Shown here in pieces: positions 20,533-31,105 of a stretch of 64,000 bases of DNA. Source of the DNA: Oligoflexia bacterium (lineage in GTDB: Bacteria > Bdellovibrionota > UBA1018); contig CAVWVI010000003.1 in assembly GCA_963758495.1 (NCBI GenBank), forward strand, positions 512,001 through 576,000, written 5' to 3'. Under the pieces are notes generated by a model that saw only the letters and a program-made list of their open reading frames with translations, searched no databases and was not told where the DNA came from. Position 1 is the stretch's first letter, and the number at the start of each line of letters is the position of its first letter. The position numbers and the translations under genes are program-made.

Positions 20533-22155
20533 CTAGTGGAATATGAGCCGCACCCCAACGTGCGCGTAGCAGTTCGAAGGAACAACGTGGTCGCGAGACC
20601 CAGACCGCAGAAACCTCGCCTTATACGCAAAGGAACCGCCGCGGAGGACGCGACGCGGACCCCTATCGTAAAGATCGCTTGTCCAAGTATACACGTTCCC
20701 CCGAGCATCATAGATCCCTGCAATCGGTCGCTTCGATCTTACCTTCTGCACCTGACTTCCATCATACACTGCATAATTACCCAGCTCCCTCTCAGGAAAG
20801 GGATAAGGTCCAGCATGAATTTGTTTGTCAGCCCCAAGACGAGCCAGGTATTCCGCCTCGGCACTGCTGATCAACCTCGGGATTAACCTATTTCCGTTCA
20901 ATTTACTTTTTAGCTTTTCTACAAATGCATCCGCCTCATATGCAGTAATTCCGTTGGCGGGCAAATCCATCTCGCTTTCATCCCAGTTCTTAATCTTATA
21001 ACATCCTTGCAGCGCCGGTTTTCTACCCATGACCGCCATCCACTGACGCCGTGTAATATGCGTATCCATCGACTTAAATGAACCCACTGTCACTCTGTGT
21101 GGATACTCTTCCCAATTATATCGACCGGCTTCGCCTGCTGGTGTTCCCATATCGAACGTTCCACCGGGAAGCGCAACAGCATTGAGCCCCGCAATCCCTC
21201 CTATATTCTCGATCCTTCCTTCTACGACTCCTCCTGACGACGGTGTCTCCGCAACTACCTCCCCAGGAAGAGGAACTCGGGAAATCCCCCCAGCACTGGA
21301 ATCCAACCAATGAAACTCTTCAATCGCATTCAAGATGATATGATAACTACCCGAGGGCAACGCGGTCCTACAGAAAGGACATCTTTGATCCCTTGCAGAT
21401 CCCTCTTTTAAACATTTTTCACAAAAATCTTGGCCACAGCACGGCGTTGTCGCTGAATTGCCCGTATGCATGTTCCCATCGATAAGAACACTCTCCCCTA
21501 CAGTGCCCGGAGTCTCCAAACAAATCTTACAACTGGAGTCCATCGTCCGATAGGCAGATGCCTGATGATCCCACCGAGAATGTCCTTCCACTTCATGGGT
21601 GGTATCCAGTGCATCTCCCCAAGGAAAAAACTGATGCACTCGCGTAAGCTGATTCTTCAAGTTTGGCTGCTTAAATAAGCTCGCATTTCTACTTTCCTGA
21701 GCCAGCATTGCCGAGTCAAACTGAGGCGAATTGAGGATTCGCGCCATCACGTCTTTTCGATTATTTTGGGCCGCCAGAATAAAAGGGGTGGCCTGCCTTC
21801 CCTCATACTTAAGAGACACATCCAACTTAGCCCCCTTGTTCATGAGAAGCGCCACAATGTCGGCATTCCCTTTGGCCGCCGCCAGTCCCAACGGAAACCA
21901 CCCGTCCGAGCGCTTCTCGTTCAGATTGATCTTCGACATTTTTTCCGAATTCTCTAGAATCACCTTCGCGTGTTCGACCGTCTGTGCCTGTTCCTGCTCA
22001 GAACCTTGGCCTAGTTGGGTCAGGACAGTCATCAATTCTTCGTACTCCGGCCCCACCACTGCCTGCGCAGAAGTGCTCAATAGAAGTCCCAACACGAAGA
22101 TCCAGTTCTGGGCCCTGAAAGATTTGTGTTCGAATCGCATCAAGAAACGCGCCAT
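20533..22155 (-). CDS. Secreted ankyrin + RING-finger + FGE-sulfatase (C-type-lectin fold) protein
   Basis: Signal peptide ending AQA; PLGLAAAKGNADIVALLMNKGA ankyrin; CKIC...CCGQDFCEKC...CPFC; GGTFDMG, YDARGNVYTW and RVLRGGSF FGE motifs. Confidence 0.85.
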   Translation of the reverse strand: MARFLMRFEHKSFRAQNWIFVLGLLLSTSAQAVVGPEYEELMTVLTQLGQGSEQEQAQTVEHAKVILENSEKMSKINLNEKRSDGWFPLGLAAAKGNADIVALLMNKGAKLDVSLKYEGRQATPFILAAQNNRKDVMARILNSPQFDSAMLAQESRNASLFKQPNLKNQLTRVHQFFPWGDALDTTHEVEGHSRWDHQASAYRTMDSSCKICLETPGTVGESVLIDGNMHTGNSATTPCCGQDFCEKCLKEGSARDQRCPFCRTALPSGSYHIILNAIEEFHWLDSSAGGISRVPLPGEVVAETPSSGGVVEGRIENIGGIAGLNAVALPGGTFDMGTPAGEAGRYNWEEYPHRVTVGSFKSMDTHITRRQWMAVMGRKPALQGCYKIKNWDESEMDLPANGITAYEADAFVEKLKSKLNGNRLIPRLISSAEAEYLARLGADKQIHAGPYPFPERELGNYAVYDGSQVQKVRSKRPIAGIYDARGNVYTWTSDLYDRGPRRVLRGGSFAYKARFLRSGSRDHVVPSNCYAHVGVRLIFH

Positions 22156-22746
22156 CTGTTATTATCTCCCCTTCTCTCATCGGCGATCCATTGAATTTCT
22201 TGACAAAAGGAAGAATTGAGTAGTGACGGAAGTCTATTGGGCCAAATCCATGGGTATAGAGAAATATAAATTCCCGACTTTGCTGTAGCGGCACATGGCT
22301 TTAGTATTTCTCCGGACGACGCTGGGCGCGTGCCGCAAACGGGAACATCTCCGAGGGGAGGGGGGCCGACTTATTGAGAAATTTTTCTGGCTGAGTGGGC
22401 TGATGATTATTCGGAATTGAGGTAAAAAACTATAAATCCTGCCTGCCGGTATCTGGCAACAGACAGGATCATGGGTTGATTTTATTTTTATGTACTTCAC
22501 ATCCAGGTCCCTTTGCTCTCGTACGCTCATTTTGAACACCTGTCTCTCCTTGTTGTAAGTAATTGGACTACTTAAAAAAACAAGAAGATTACAACACGCT
22601 TTAACGCAGGTAGGCCGTCAAATTCCCTTGGTAATTAAGTGCCGTCAAAATCACAATGGTAATCACAATGTAGGAAAGAATTATGTAGGGAGTGATTAAT
22701 TTTATCCTCTCTTCTTCCGAATAGCATTCAAGAGGGTTCCTGAGAC

Positions 22747-24738
22747 ATGGGTGATGTCCTTAAAAAATTCGGCCGATACTTCTTGCTCGACCAATTAGCG
22801 CAAGGTGGAATGGCAGAAATTTACCGTGCACGACTCGCTTCAGTTGGAGGAGCCGGTCGGCTGATGGTCATTAAGAGAATCCAAGCGGGGTATGGCAGTA
22901 ATTCAGAGTTCTTAGAAATGTTTAAATCTGAAATCAAAGTCACCATGGGATTCAATCACCCTAATATTGTCCAACTTTATGATTTCGGCGAAGAGCAAGA
23001 TCAACCCTATATTGCCATGGAATTGGTCGATGGAAAAAATCTCCGTCAATTTATGTCTCGATTTACAGAATCGCAACAAACTTTCCCCATTGAGTTAGCT
23101 ACTTTTATTATTGAACAATCAGCATCCGGACTCAATTATGCCCATAGCTTTAAGGATAAAATCACAGGTGAACCCTTCAATATTGTACATCGAGATATCA
23201 GTCCACAAAACATTCTCATTTCCTATGAGGGAAACGTAAAAGTCATTGATTTCGGAATTGCCAAGGCCACTACTAATAATGAAGCGACCCGCGCAGGTGT
23301 CATCAAAGGTAAACCGAGCTATCTTTCACCTGAACAAATTAGCGGAGAACCATTGGATGGTAGAAGTGATATTTTTGCATTAGGCGCGGTATTTTGGGAA
23401 ATACTCACAGGTAAAAAATTATTTGCGGGAGAAAATGACTTAGCTGTTCTTAAGCTCATTGAAAGCTGCCAAACTTATGTCAAACCTCCCTCGACTCTCA
23501 ATCCTAAAATTCCAAAAGAACTCGACTATATTGTATTAAAATCCCTCGCAAAACAAAGAGAGAAGCGTTACCAATCAGCGGAAGAGCTGCAACGCGCTCT
23601 TCATAAATTTCTATATAGCTTCATGAGTGAGTTCAACCCCTCTGATCTCTCTTATTACGCAAAAGATCTTTTCAAAAATGAAATTGTAGAAGATAGAAAA
23701 AAGATTCAAAAACTCAATGACAAGGTCGAACAACTCCTTGCTTCGAATCTGTCTCAATCCTCGATTGAAACCCCCAGTGAAGAGGGAACGAGCACAACAA
23801 AAGAAGATACGACAACCCTTGTAGAATCCCGTCCGCAAGGAAACCCAAGGCGTGAAGTATTCTCACTAGAAGAAGCAACCAACGGAAACATTGAAATAGA
23901 GATGTCTAGAAGCACATTTCCCTCGCCCTCATCATCTGTATCATCGTCTTCATCATCACCTTTATCTGGATCACCATCATCCAATCCGTCTAAGTCCTCA
24001 GCACCTAAGCAACGCTACTCATCGAATTCCACGAAGACTTATTCCCCCGTAGGGCGGTCTTTAATTGTAGGAGCTGCCGCTGTTCTCGCTGTTGCGATTT
24101 TGGGGCCTGATTATGGAATTAAAATTCCTATCCTTTCTGATTTGCTTACAACTGAAAAGAAAGTGGAGAAAAAAGTTTCGCTGCCTATTTCGAATGTAGA
24201 TAGAAGTGCAGCATCAACTCCATCCGATGGCTCGGGAGCTAACCTCAAAAATGTAAAAACACTCTTGCTCAAGCTCAATCTTTCACCCGCAGGCGGAGCA
24301 CCCGTCATTACTGTGAGAGAAAAACTCATTGGAGAAAAAATCTTAAACGCAAGCAAACCAGAGATTCAAGTTCCATTAGATTCACCTTTAGAAATCACAG
24401 TTGAGCGTTCAGGTTATAAATCATTCAAAAGACTCTCGGTTTTGAAGTCCGAAGAATACAATGGCCTTGCTGAGTATCAAATGGATATCCAGCAGGATCT
24501 AGACCCTCAGCATTTTGGCTTCTTATCCATTCACACCACCCCGAGTTCTGATGCAACCATTCTTTTGAATGGGAGCCCGTGGAAAAAGCAGACTCCTTTG
24601 GAAAACGAAAAATTCCCCGTCGGCACCTATAGTATTCATCTGACAAATGACGTTCTCGGAATGGAAAAAACAGTCTCCATCACGATTGATGAAGGCAAAG
24701 CGGTAAATATAGATACGCAGTTAGAAGTTAAAAACTAA
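22747..24738 (+). CDS. Hanks-type Ser/Thr protein kinase with TM segment and PEGA-like C-terminus
   Basis: GGMAEIY, HRDISPQN, DFG and YLSPEQ motifs; Ser-rich linker. Confidence 0.92.
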   Translation: MGDVLKKFGRYFLLDQLAQGGMAEIYRARLASVGGAGRLMVIKRIQAGYGSNSEFLEMFKSEIKVTMGFNHPNIVQLYDFGEEQDQPYIAMELVDGKNLRQFMSRFTESQQTFPIELATFIIEQSASGLNYAHSFKDKITGEPFNIVHRDISPQNILISYEGNVKVIDFGIAKATTNNEATRAGVIKGKPSYLSPEQISGEPLDGRSDIFALGAVFWEILTGKKLFAGENDLAVLKLIESCQTYVKPPSTLNPKIPKELDYIVLKSLAKQREKRYQSAEELQRALHKFLYSFMSEFNPSDLSYYAKDLFKNEIVEDRKKIQKLNDKVEQLLASNLSQSSIETPSEEGTSTTKEDTTTLVESRPQGNPRREVFSLEEATNGNIEIEMSRSTFPSPSSSVSSSSSSPLSGSPSSNPSKSSAPKQRYSSNSTKTYSPVGRSLIVGAAAVLAVAILGPDYGIKIPILSDLLTTEKKVEKKVSLPISNVDRSAASTPSDGSGANLKNVKTLLLKLNLSPAGGAPVITVREKLIGEKILNASKPEIQVPLDSPLEITVERSGYKSFKRLSVLKSEEYNGLAEYQMDIQQDLDPQHFGFLSIHTTPSSDATILLNGSPWKKQTPLENEKFPVGTYSIHLTNDVLGMEKTVSITIDEGKAVNIDTQLEVKN

Positions 24739-24762
24739 ATTTTCATAACCGACTGATCCCAC

Positions 24763-26256
24763 TTATTCTAAAGGAGAGTGTGTCGCAAGATTCTGAAGCA
24801 ATTTAGGAATCAATCCTCCAAATCCGCCATTAGAAAGCACCGCAACTAGATCTCCTGCTTGGGATAATTTCGTAATCTCAGCAACGCCTTCTTCTACTGT
24901 CATCATTAAATAAGCTTTTTTTCCGGCTTGAATCAGATCGGATACTAACATTTCACTTGAAAATTGATCATCAAGAGGAATGCGGGTTTGATCATGAGGC
25001 TGAGAAATAAAAACTATATCAGATCCACTGAAAGCATCCGCATATTCTTTTTGAAATATTTTTCGCCTTGATGTAGCACTTCGAGGCTCAAAGACTGCTA
25101 CAAGTCTTCGTTTTGGATATTTTAACTGAAGCGCTCTAAGAGTCTCACGTACCGCGGTAGGATGATGAGCAAAGTCATCCATGACTAAAACCCCTCCCAC
25201 TTCTCCCCTGATTTCTTGTCGTCGCTTTACACCGCGAAAAGACTGAAACGCCTGACGAACTTGATGAGGATCTAACCCAAGCTCTCTACATTCAATCCAC
25301 GCAGCAAGTGCATTCAAGACATTATGCATACCTGGAACTTGAATCGTCAACTCATCGACAATCTGATTCTCGTCCAAGACCTCAAATCGTGTCAGACCTT
25401 CTTCAAACCGAACACGAGCCGGCGTAAATCTAGCATGAAATTGAGAAGAGCTCGCGTAAGAAAGAACTGACACTCCTGAATTCAAAATTAGATCCTTCAC
25501 ATTTGGATAATCAAAGCAGCAAATCACTCGTCCTCCGGGACGAATGCGAGATATTAAACCTTCGAAAGCATAAAGGACTGCACTTAAATCTGGATAAATA
25601 TCAGCATGATCATATTCTACTGAAGTAAGAATGACATCATCTGGAAGATAATGATTAAATTTTGGAACTTTGTCCCAAAAAGCAGTATCGTACTCATCCC
25701 CTTCTAAAACAAATAGCTTCTTGGATTCAATACTGGAAATATGAAAACTAAAGGGCAAATCATGTGAGACTCCACCTATAAAATAACTCGGATCCTGCTG
25801 ACACTGAATCAGGATGTGCGCAAGAAGACTAGAAGTTGTGGTTTTTCCATGGGTGCCCGCTACCACCAAATTTCTAGTTTCTTTAAGAAAGAGCTTCTCC
25901 ATGGCCTCAGGTAATGAGCTATAGGCATACCCGCCATCAATTGCAGCCCTTGCTTCGGGATTATTAGCCTGAATTACATTGCCAATAACAACAAGATCAG
26001 GGCGTCCATCAGAAGTATTGACCAGGCCATTTACCAGGCCATTTAAATGATCTGTATGGTAACCACTTAAAAGCTCAACACCCGCATTTTTCAATACGTC
26101 ACTCATAGGTGGGTAAACATTTTGGTCACTGCCAGTTACTTGAATTCCTCGGCGCTTTAAGTAAGCGGCAAAAGCGCCCATGAGTGTTCCACCGACACCC
26201 ACGATATGAACCTTTTTAAGAGCACTTAATTCTGGCAAATTCTTTTTTTGATCCAT
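24763..26256 (-). CDS. mpl: Murein peptide ligase (UDP-MurNAc:tripeptide ligase)
   Basis: GVGGTLMG, GTHGKTT, EGDEYD, DDFAHHP, FEPRS and SNGGFGG motifs. Confidence 0.85.
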   Translation of the reverse strand: MDQKKNLPELSALKKVHIVGVGGTLMGAFAAYLKRRGIQVTGSDQNVYPPMSDVLKNAGVELLSGYHTDHLNGLVNGLVNTSDGRPDLVVIGNVIQANNPEARAAIDGGYAYSSLPEAMEKLFLKETRNLVVAGTHGKTTTSSLLAHILIQCQQDPSYFIGGVSHDLPFSFHISSIESKKLFVLEGDEYDTAFWDKVPKFNHYLPDDVILTSVEYDHADIYPDLSAVLYAFEGLISRIRPGGRVICCFDYPNVKDLILNSGVSVLSYASSSQFHARFTPARVRFEEGLTRFEVLDENQIVDELTIQVPGMHNVLNALAAWIECRELGLDPHQVRQAFQSFRGVKRRQEIRGEVGGVLVMDDFAHHPTAVRETLRALQLKYPKRRLVAVFEPRSATSRRKIFQKEYADAFSGSDIVFISQPHDQTRIPLDDQFSSEMLVSDLIQAGKKAYLMMTVEEGVAEITKLSQAGDLVAVLSNGGFGGLIPKLLQNLATHSPLE

Positions 26257-26267
26257 AAAACTCCATT

Positions 26268-27404
26268 TTATTTTAACTCCGCCCGAATTGCTTCATGAAA
26301 CCGAGGCCTGAACTCCTGAATCTTGATATTATCTCGCGACGGATGCACTCGATTGGAGAACAAAACAACAGCAAGTTCTGCCTCGCGATCAATCCATAAA
26401 GAAGTTCCAGTATAACCGGAATGTCCAACAGAATGACGGGAAAATCCCTTACCTACTGCAGGATGACTCCCTGATGGCGTATCCCAACCCAAAGTCCTTG
26501 TACATCCCGCAGGATGAGAAACTCGAGACCAAGCTTCATCTAAAACAGGGGAAGATAAGAATCCCATCATGAGACTTCGTGAAAAGTGGAGTACATCCCT
26601 AGCAGTCGCGAAAGCACCCGCATGTCCTCCATAGCCGCCCATCGCCCAACAATTATCATCGTGCACATAACCCTGTAAAACCCCGCCTCGCCACGAACAG
26701 TCCTCAGTTGCAGCAACAGCTTCATACACTTTTAAATTTGAAGCCTTTATAATACGTCGATAATAAGCACCTCGAATACCCATAGGCTGCCATAAAAACT
26801 TTTCAACTGCACGATCAAGTGGCATTTGTGTCACTTGCTCTAGAGCAAATCCCAAAAGTAAAAATGACAGGTCTGAATAGACCATTTGTTCACCAGGAGA
26901 GCCCACTGGAACACTGAGGAATATTAATTTTCTCATGCATTCCTGACGTTTCTCAATGCTCATAGTATAAAGAGGCATGGGTGCAAAATAATTACGGATT
27001 TGCTCCCATAATGGCTGCCATGCAACATATCCAGACGTATGAGAGAGCAAATGCCGAATCTCAACTTTGGGATAAGAATATTCGGGAAAGATGGAACTTA
27101 AGGAAGTATTCCAACCAATCCAGCCCCTCTCTACCAAAACAGCAGCAAGGGTGGCTGTGGCAAACACTTTGGTGACTGAGGCAAGGTCAAATGGAGTGTC
27201 TGGCATCATAGGGAGTACAGAAGGGGTAACTCTCCGATTTCCTATACTTGCTACCCAAAACTGTTGAGGGTCTTTCTTTCTCCAAAAACCAGCAACAAAT
27301 CCTGGGGCAACCCCTTCTTTTACGCCGGATTCTAAAACTTCCCAAGTCAAGGGGAAGCTCTGCTTTGACAATTCATTTTGAACGAGTTGAGTAGAGTCGA
27401 TCAT
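26268..27404 (-). CDS. Serine hydrolase, beta-lactamase-related family
   Basis: FDLASVTK (SxxK), LLSHTSG, YSD, VHDDN, GHAG and HSGYTGTS motifs. Confidence 0.88.
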   Translation of the reverse strand: MIDSTQLVQNELSKQSFPLTWEVLESGVKEGVAPGFVAGFWRKKDPQQFWVASIGNRRVTPSVLPMMPDTPFDLASVTKVFATATLAAVLVERGWIGWNTSLSSIFPEYSYPKVEIRHLLSHTSGYVAWQPLWEQIRNYFAPMPLYTMSIEKRQECMRKLIFLSVPVGSPGEQMVYSDLSFLLLGFALEQVTQMPLDRAVEKFLWQPMGIRGAYYRRIIKASNLKVYEAVAATEDCSWRGGVLQGYVHDDNCWAMGGYGGHAGAFATARDVLHFSRSLMMGFLSSPVLDEAWSRVSHPAGCTRTLGWDTPSGSHPAVGKGFSRHSVGHSGYTGTSLWIDREAELAVVLFSNRVHPSRDNIKIQEFRPRFHEAIRAELK

Positions 27405-28078
27405 ATTTTACGTGCGGTAACCATCAGCATTTTAGAAAATGCTGGAAAAATTTTTCCTAGCCACGCTAAAGAAGTATCAATCCATTTTCCTCGTGACTCT
27501 AAATTGAGTACACCACAAATATCAACCACTTCGAAACCCGTTTGGTTACAGAGCTCACGAATTTTAGAAATATTAAAAACTCTTACATGTTCTCCAAAAT
27601 GGTCTTCTGGATAGGCACCCGTCATGGAGAGATATCCTCCTGAGATAATCCGAATTCGATTTTCAAGGCTATTGAGATTGGGGGTCGTAAATAAAAGAAC
27701 TCCCCCTTCTTTCAGCACTCGCCATGTTTCATCAAAAAAAAATTTAGTGTCATAAAGTTGCTCTAAAACTTCGCCTGCATTCACGAAATCAAATTTGGAA
27801 TTTTCAAAGGGTAAACCCTCTTCTACGTCCGCGATCTTAACACGAACGCCCCTTCGTTCAGCAACGGCTGCCGCTACAGGATTGACTTCAACGCCCCATA
27901 CTTCGTTATTTTGTTCTAATATCAATCGAGAAACCTTGCCCCCCAAGCAACCCACATCCAGCACCTTCTTGCCTCGACCAATCCGGGAAAGAACGTATTC
28001 CTTAAGCAAAGGAATCTGATATAAAGTATCTTCAGTGTCCAATCTATCGTACCGGGTCAGATATTCTCGCATTTGCAT
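27401..28078 (-). CDS. Class I SAM-dependent methyltransferase
   Basis: VLDVGCLGG, LPF, VLKEGG and TTPN motifs. Confidence 0.88.
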   Translation of the reverse strand: MQMREYLTRYDRLDTEDTLYQIPLLKEYVLSRIGRGKKVLDVGCLGGKVSRLILEQNNEVWGVEVNPVAAAVAERRGVRVKIADVEEGLPFENSKFDFVNAGEVLEQLYDTKFFFDETWRVLKEGGVLLFTTPNLNSLENRIRIISGGYLSMTGAYPEDHFGEHVRVFNISKIRELCNQTGFEVVDICGVLNLESRGKWIDTSLAWLGKIFPAFSKMLMVTARKI

Positions 28079-28085
28079 AAATTTT

Positions 28086-29324
28086 TTAAATCACAAGATT
28101 TTCTCGGATCCATTGTCCCGTCTCAAAACGAGCCCCAGCTAACTGAGCCGCGTCTAATGTCTCGTACCGACCTTTGATGATTCTCTCAGCAAGAGCTAAT
28201 CCAGCTCCATAGCTATGCATCACTCCGTGTCCAGAAAAGGAATGAGCTTCATAGATCCTTTCATTTCGCTTGATTTCTTTTTGGTGCACAGGACCTATAA
28301 TGGCGCATTCGTCAGGTGAAACTTCATATTGCCCTGCCCATCCGGTAACATGCTTGAGTTTTTCAAAATGAGTAGAGCGCTCATACAACGCTGGCCAGAT
28401 GGTCTCTATAAAAAAGCTTTCTCCATCGTAAGCGTAATTAATCCCATGCGATTCGTTGGGATGAGCGTAACCCGCTAGTCCATTTGTTGCCTCTGAATGA
28501 AAATACACTCCCGAAGTATCCACAATCATTCCATAAGAAGTCAAGTCTACTTCTTTGCAATCAAAGATGGAAACTTGTCGGCGTATTGGAAAAGAAGGAC
28601 TTTGATAACCTATGATTTTTGCAACTTTTCCGGCCCAAGGTCCTGCACAATTAATAATCCGTTCAGCATGATATTCAATACGGGAACGTTGTGAATCAAG
28701 GACTTCCTTCGTAAGCACATCGAGCTTTGTCTCATGTGACATCACGCTTTCAAATCGTTCTGCGACTGCACGGATTGGATGACTTCCCTGTTCGCTATGC
28801 TCAACAGAACAGAGGAGAGTCCGATCGTCATACACCACTCCCAGCGCACGACTTTGAGTTCGATAATAATTTTTTAATAAATTGGGATTAATCAGACCGT
28901 CCCGAGGTGCGAATAACGCTCCCACAATTCCATCCGTTTTATCTATAAATGAAACTTTGCGTTTTAGCTCAGAAACATCCCACACCTCCACGGGCCAACC
29001 CAATCTTAATTGAGTTTCCCTCGCCTTGAGCGCAGCCTCCCATTTATTTTGAGAATGAAGCCAAAGATAACCACAAGGCTTATATCCCACCTCCTCGGCC
29101 AGGGTAGCAAAGAAACCGATTGTCAATTTTGACATCTCAATATTAATAGGCTGAACCCAAGTAGCTCTTACGCCACCTGCATTGAGTTCCGAACTACTCA
29201 ATGAACCTTCTAAATCAAAGTCAATGACACGAATATCGGTCATCCCCTGTTTAGCCAAGTGCATCGCAACACTGCTTCCAATGACTCCAGCTCCGATAAT
29301 GAGCGTTTGAACTTTCTGGATCAT
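28086..29324 (-). CDS. FAD-dependent oxidoreductase (sarcosine oxidase beta/DAO family)
   Basis: IIGAGVIG, NAGGVR, NCAGPWA, WAGQY and FSGHGVM motifs. Confidence 0.88.
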   Translation of the reverse strand: MIQKVQTLIIGAGVIGSSVAMHLAKQGMTDIRVIDFDLEGSLSSSELNAGGVRATWVQPINIEMSKLTIGFFATLAEEVGYKPCGYLWLHSQNKWEAALKARETQLRLGWPVEVWDVSELKRKVSFIDKTDGIVGALFAPRDGLINPNLLKNYYRTQSRALGVVYDDRTLLCSVEHSEQGSHPIRAVAERFESVMSHETKLDVLTKEVLDSQRSRIEYHAERIINCAGPWAGKVAKIIGYQSPSFPIRRQVSIFDCKEVDLTSYGMIVDTSGVYFHSEATNGLAGYAHPNESHGINYAYDGESFFIETIWPALYERSTHFEKLKHVTGWAGQYEVSPDECAIIGPVHQKEIKRNERIYEAHSFSGHGVMHSYGAGLALAERIIKGRYETLDAAQLAGARFETGQWIRENLVI

Positions 29325-29333
29325 AAGACGACC

Positions 29334-30212
29334 CTACCACATGAGATCAGTATACGTCTCGGCAATGATTTTAGGCTGTCCTGCTTCCTCTGCAATATAT
29401 AAGATTTTAGTACCCCTAGAACGATGACCCATGCCACCCGACTTGAGTTGAGATTTATAGTTCTGAGTAAAAGTAACCATTGAATACTTAGGGTGGCGAT
29501 AATAACGAATGTTCTCAGGACCAATCTTGATTGTAGAATATCGAGCGTTCAACTGAGCTTTGTAAGATTTCCAAGCAGACTTACTCTTTCCCTGAGCAGA
29601 AAAATCGGAATGATAGTAAGAAATATATTTATTAATATCCTTTTTTTCCCAACTTTGAATCCACTCATCCACAAAATTCTTGAGTTCAAGATTCTGGCCA
29701 GGTTGCATATACTCGCTAGTCAGTTCAGAAAAAATGAGAATGGGAGTCAAACCTAAGCGAATATGAGACTTAATTTCTAAAATTTCTTCATTTTTAACTA
29801 CAATGCAACCTTGGCTATCATAATTTTTTTTCAATCTTTCGGGCTCATTGGTGGCATGAAGCATAATCCCTGAACCGGTACGTCCCGCCAATTGATCAAA
29901 TGTGTTAGGGAAATTAATATGATATCCCATTTTACCAAACTTCTTATTGAGCGCAGGCGGTGTGGAAATGGATTTAAAAGTATAAATCCCTTCAGGGGTT
30001 TTCAAATCGTTTTCATCTTCCTTATCCCCTGCTACTTGCCCCAATGTAGCATGATAAGTTTTGATGGGTTTATAGGTACCGTTACTGTATTCGCAAACAA
30101 GTAAGTTATTGGTCTTTTTGTCTACCAAAACCGCTGAAGTGGTGACTATCGAAGCAAAAAGGTTGCTCTCAAAAAAGATAAGAATGAATACGAAACAAGT
30201 CAATTTAGCCAT
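29334..30212 (-). CDS. L,D-transpeptidase (YkuD) with C-terminal NTF2-like domain
   Basis: KTPEGIY, GIMLH and SQGC catalytic motifs; signal peptide. Confidence 0.88.
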   Translation of the reverse strand: MAKLTCFVFILIFFESNLFASIVTTSAVLVDKKTNNLLVCEYSNGTYKPIKTYHATLGQVAGDKEDENDLKTPEGIYTFKSISTPPALNKKFGKMGYHINFPNTFDQLAGRTGSGIMLHATNEPERLKKNYDSQGCIVVKNEEILEIKSHIRLGLTPILIFSELTSEYMQPGQNLELKNFVDEWIQSWEKKDINKYISYYHSDFSAQGKSKSAWKSYKAQLNARYSTIKIGPENIRYYRHPKYSMVTFTQNYKSQLKSGGMGHRSRGTKILYIAEEAGQPKIIAETYTDLMW

Positions 30213-30272
30213 GGGAGTATAGTATCATTAAAATGACAAAATCGCCTCAATGACAAGCAAAATTACTTATAA

Positions 30273-31007
30273 TTAGGAAGCTGCAATATGCTTTTGACCT
30301 TGCCGAAAAGATCGCCATCGGAAGCCCCAAACTCGAAGTAATGCCTCAAAAACAATTCTTCGATTCATTTTTGATTTACCGATTTTACGATCTTCAAAAA
30401 TAATTGGAAACTCGACTATCTTAAATCCTCGCAAGAATGCGCGATACTTCAACTCGATTTGAAATGAATACCCATCTGACTTAAGAGTAGGCAAATCTAC
30501 CGATGTAAGTACATGGCGTCTCCAGCCATTAAACCCACCGGTAAAGTCCCGAATGGAAGCACCTAATATCATTCGAGAATAAAAACTTCCTCCTCGACTC
30601 AAAATTTTTCGACCTAAACCCCAATTGAGAGTTCCACCACCCGATACATAACGGGATCCAATCACGACATCATTTTGCGTCAGAAGCTCAAGCATCTTCC
30701 CTAAATATTTAGGATCATGTGAGAAATCCGCATCCATCTCAATGAAGCTCTCAAAGTCTTCTTTAAGACCCCATCCAAACCCATGAATATAAGCCGTTCC
30801 TAAACCCATTTTCTTAGCTCGATGAAGCACATGAAGCCGGCTGTTTTTTTGAGCGAGGGTATCTGCAAGCTCACCGGTTCCATCAGGAGAGCCGTCATCT
30901 ACTATCAAGATTTCGACATTTTTCGGGGCGATAGAAAGAACCGCTTCAGCGAGAAGCTTTAGATTCTCAATTTCATTGTAGGTCGGTATGACGATGAGTG
31001 TACGCAT
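30273..31007 (-). CDS. Polyprenol monophosphomannose synthase (GT2)
   Basis: IPTYNE, VDDGSPDGT, MDADFSH, GSRY and GYSFQIE motifs. Confidence 0.9.
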   Translation of the reverse strand: MRTLIVIPTYNEIENLKLLAEAVLSIAPKNVEILIVDDGSPDGTGELADTLAQKNSRLHVLHRAKKMGLGTAYIHGFGWGLKEDFESFIEMDADFSHDPKYLGKMLELLTQNDVVIGSRYVSGGGTLNWGLGRKILSRGGSFYSRMILGASIRDFTGGFNGWRRHVLTSVDLPTLKSDGYSFQIELKYRAFLRGFKIVEFPIIFEDRKIGKSKMNRRIVFEALLRVWGFRWRSFRQGQKHIAAS

Positions 31008-31105
31008 TTGTTAAGTATTGAACTAACATTTTTATGAGATTCCTGACAAGTTTTTATACTGACATAAGCCAACATAAAAAGAGAGAATGACTCATCTCAT
31101 CACAC

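Noticed and set aside
26021..26044. 12-bp tandem repeat ACCAGGCCATTT x2 in mpl
   Set aside because: In-frame NGLV duplication in a probable loop; only two copies, so not a phase-variation tract.
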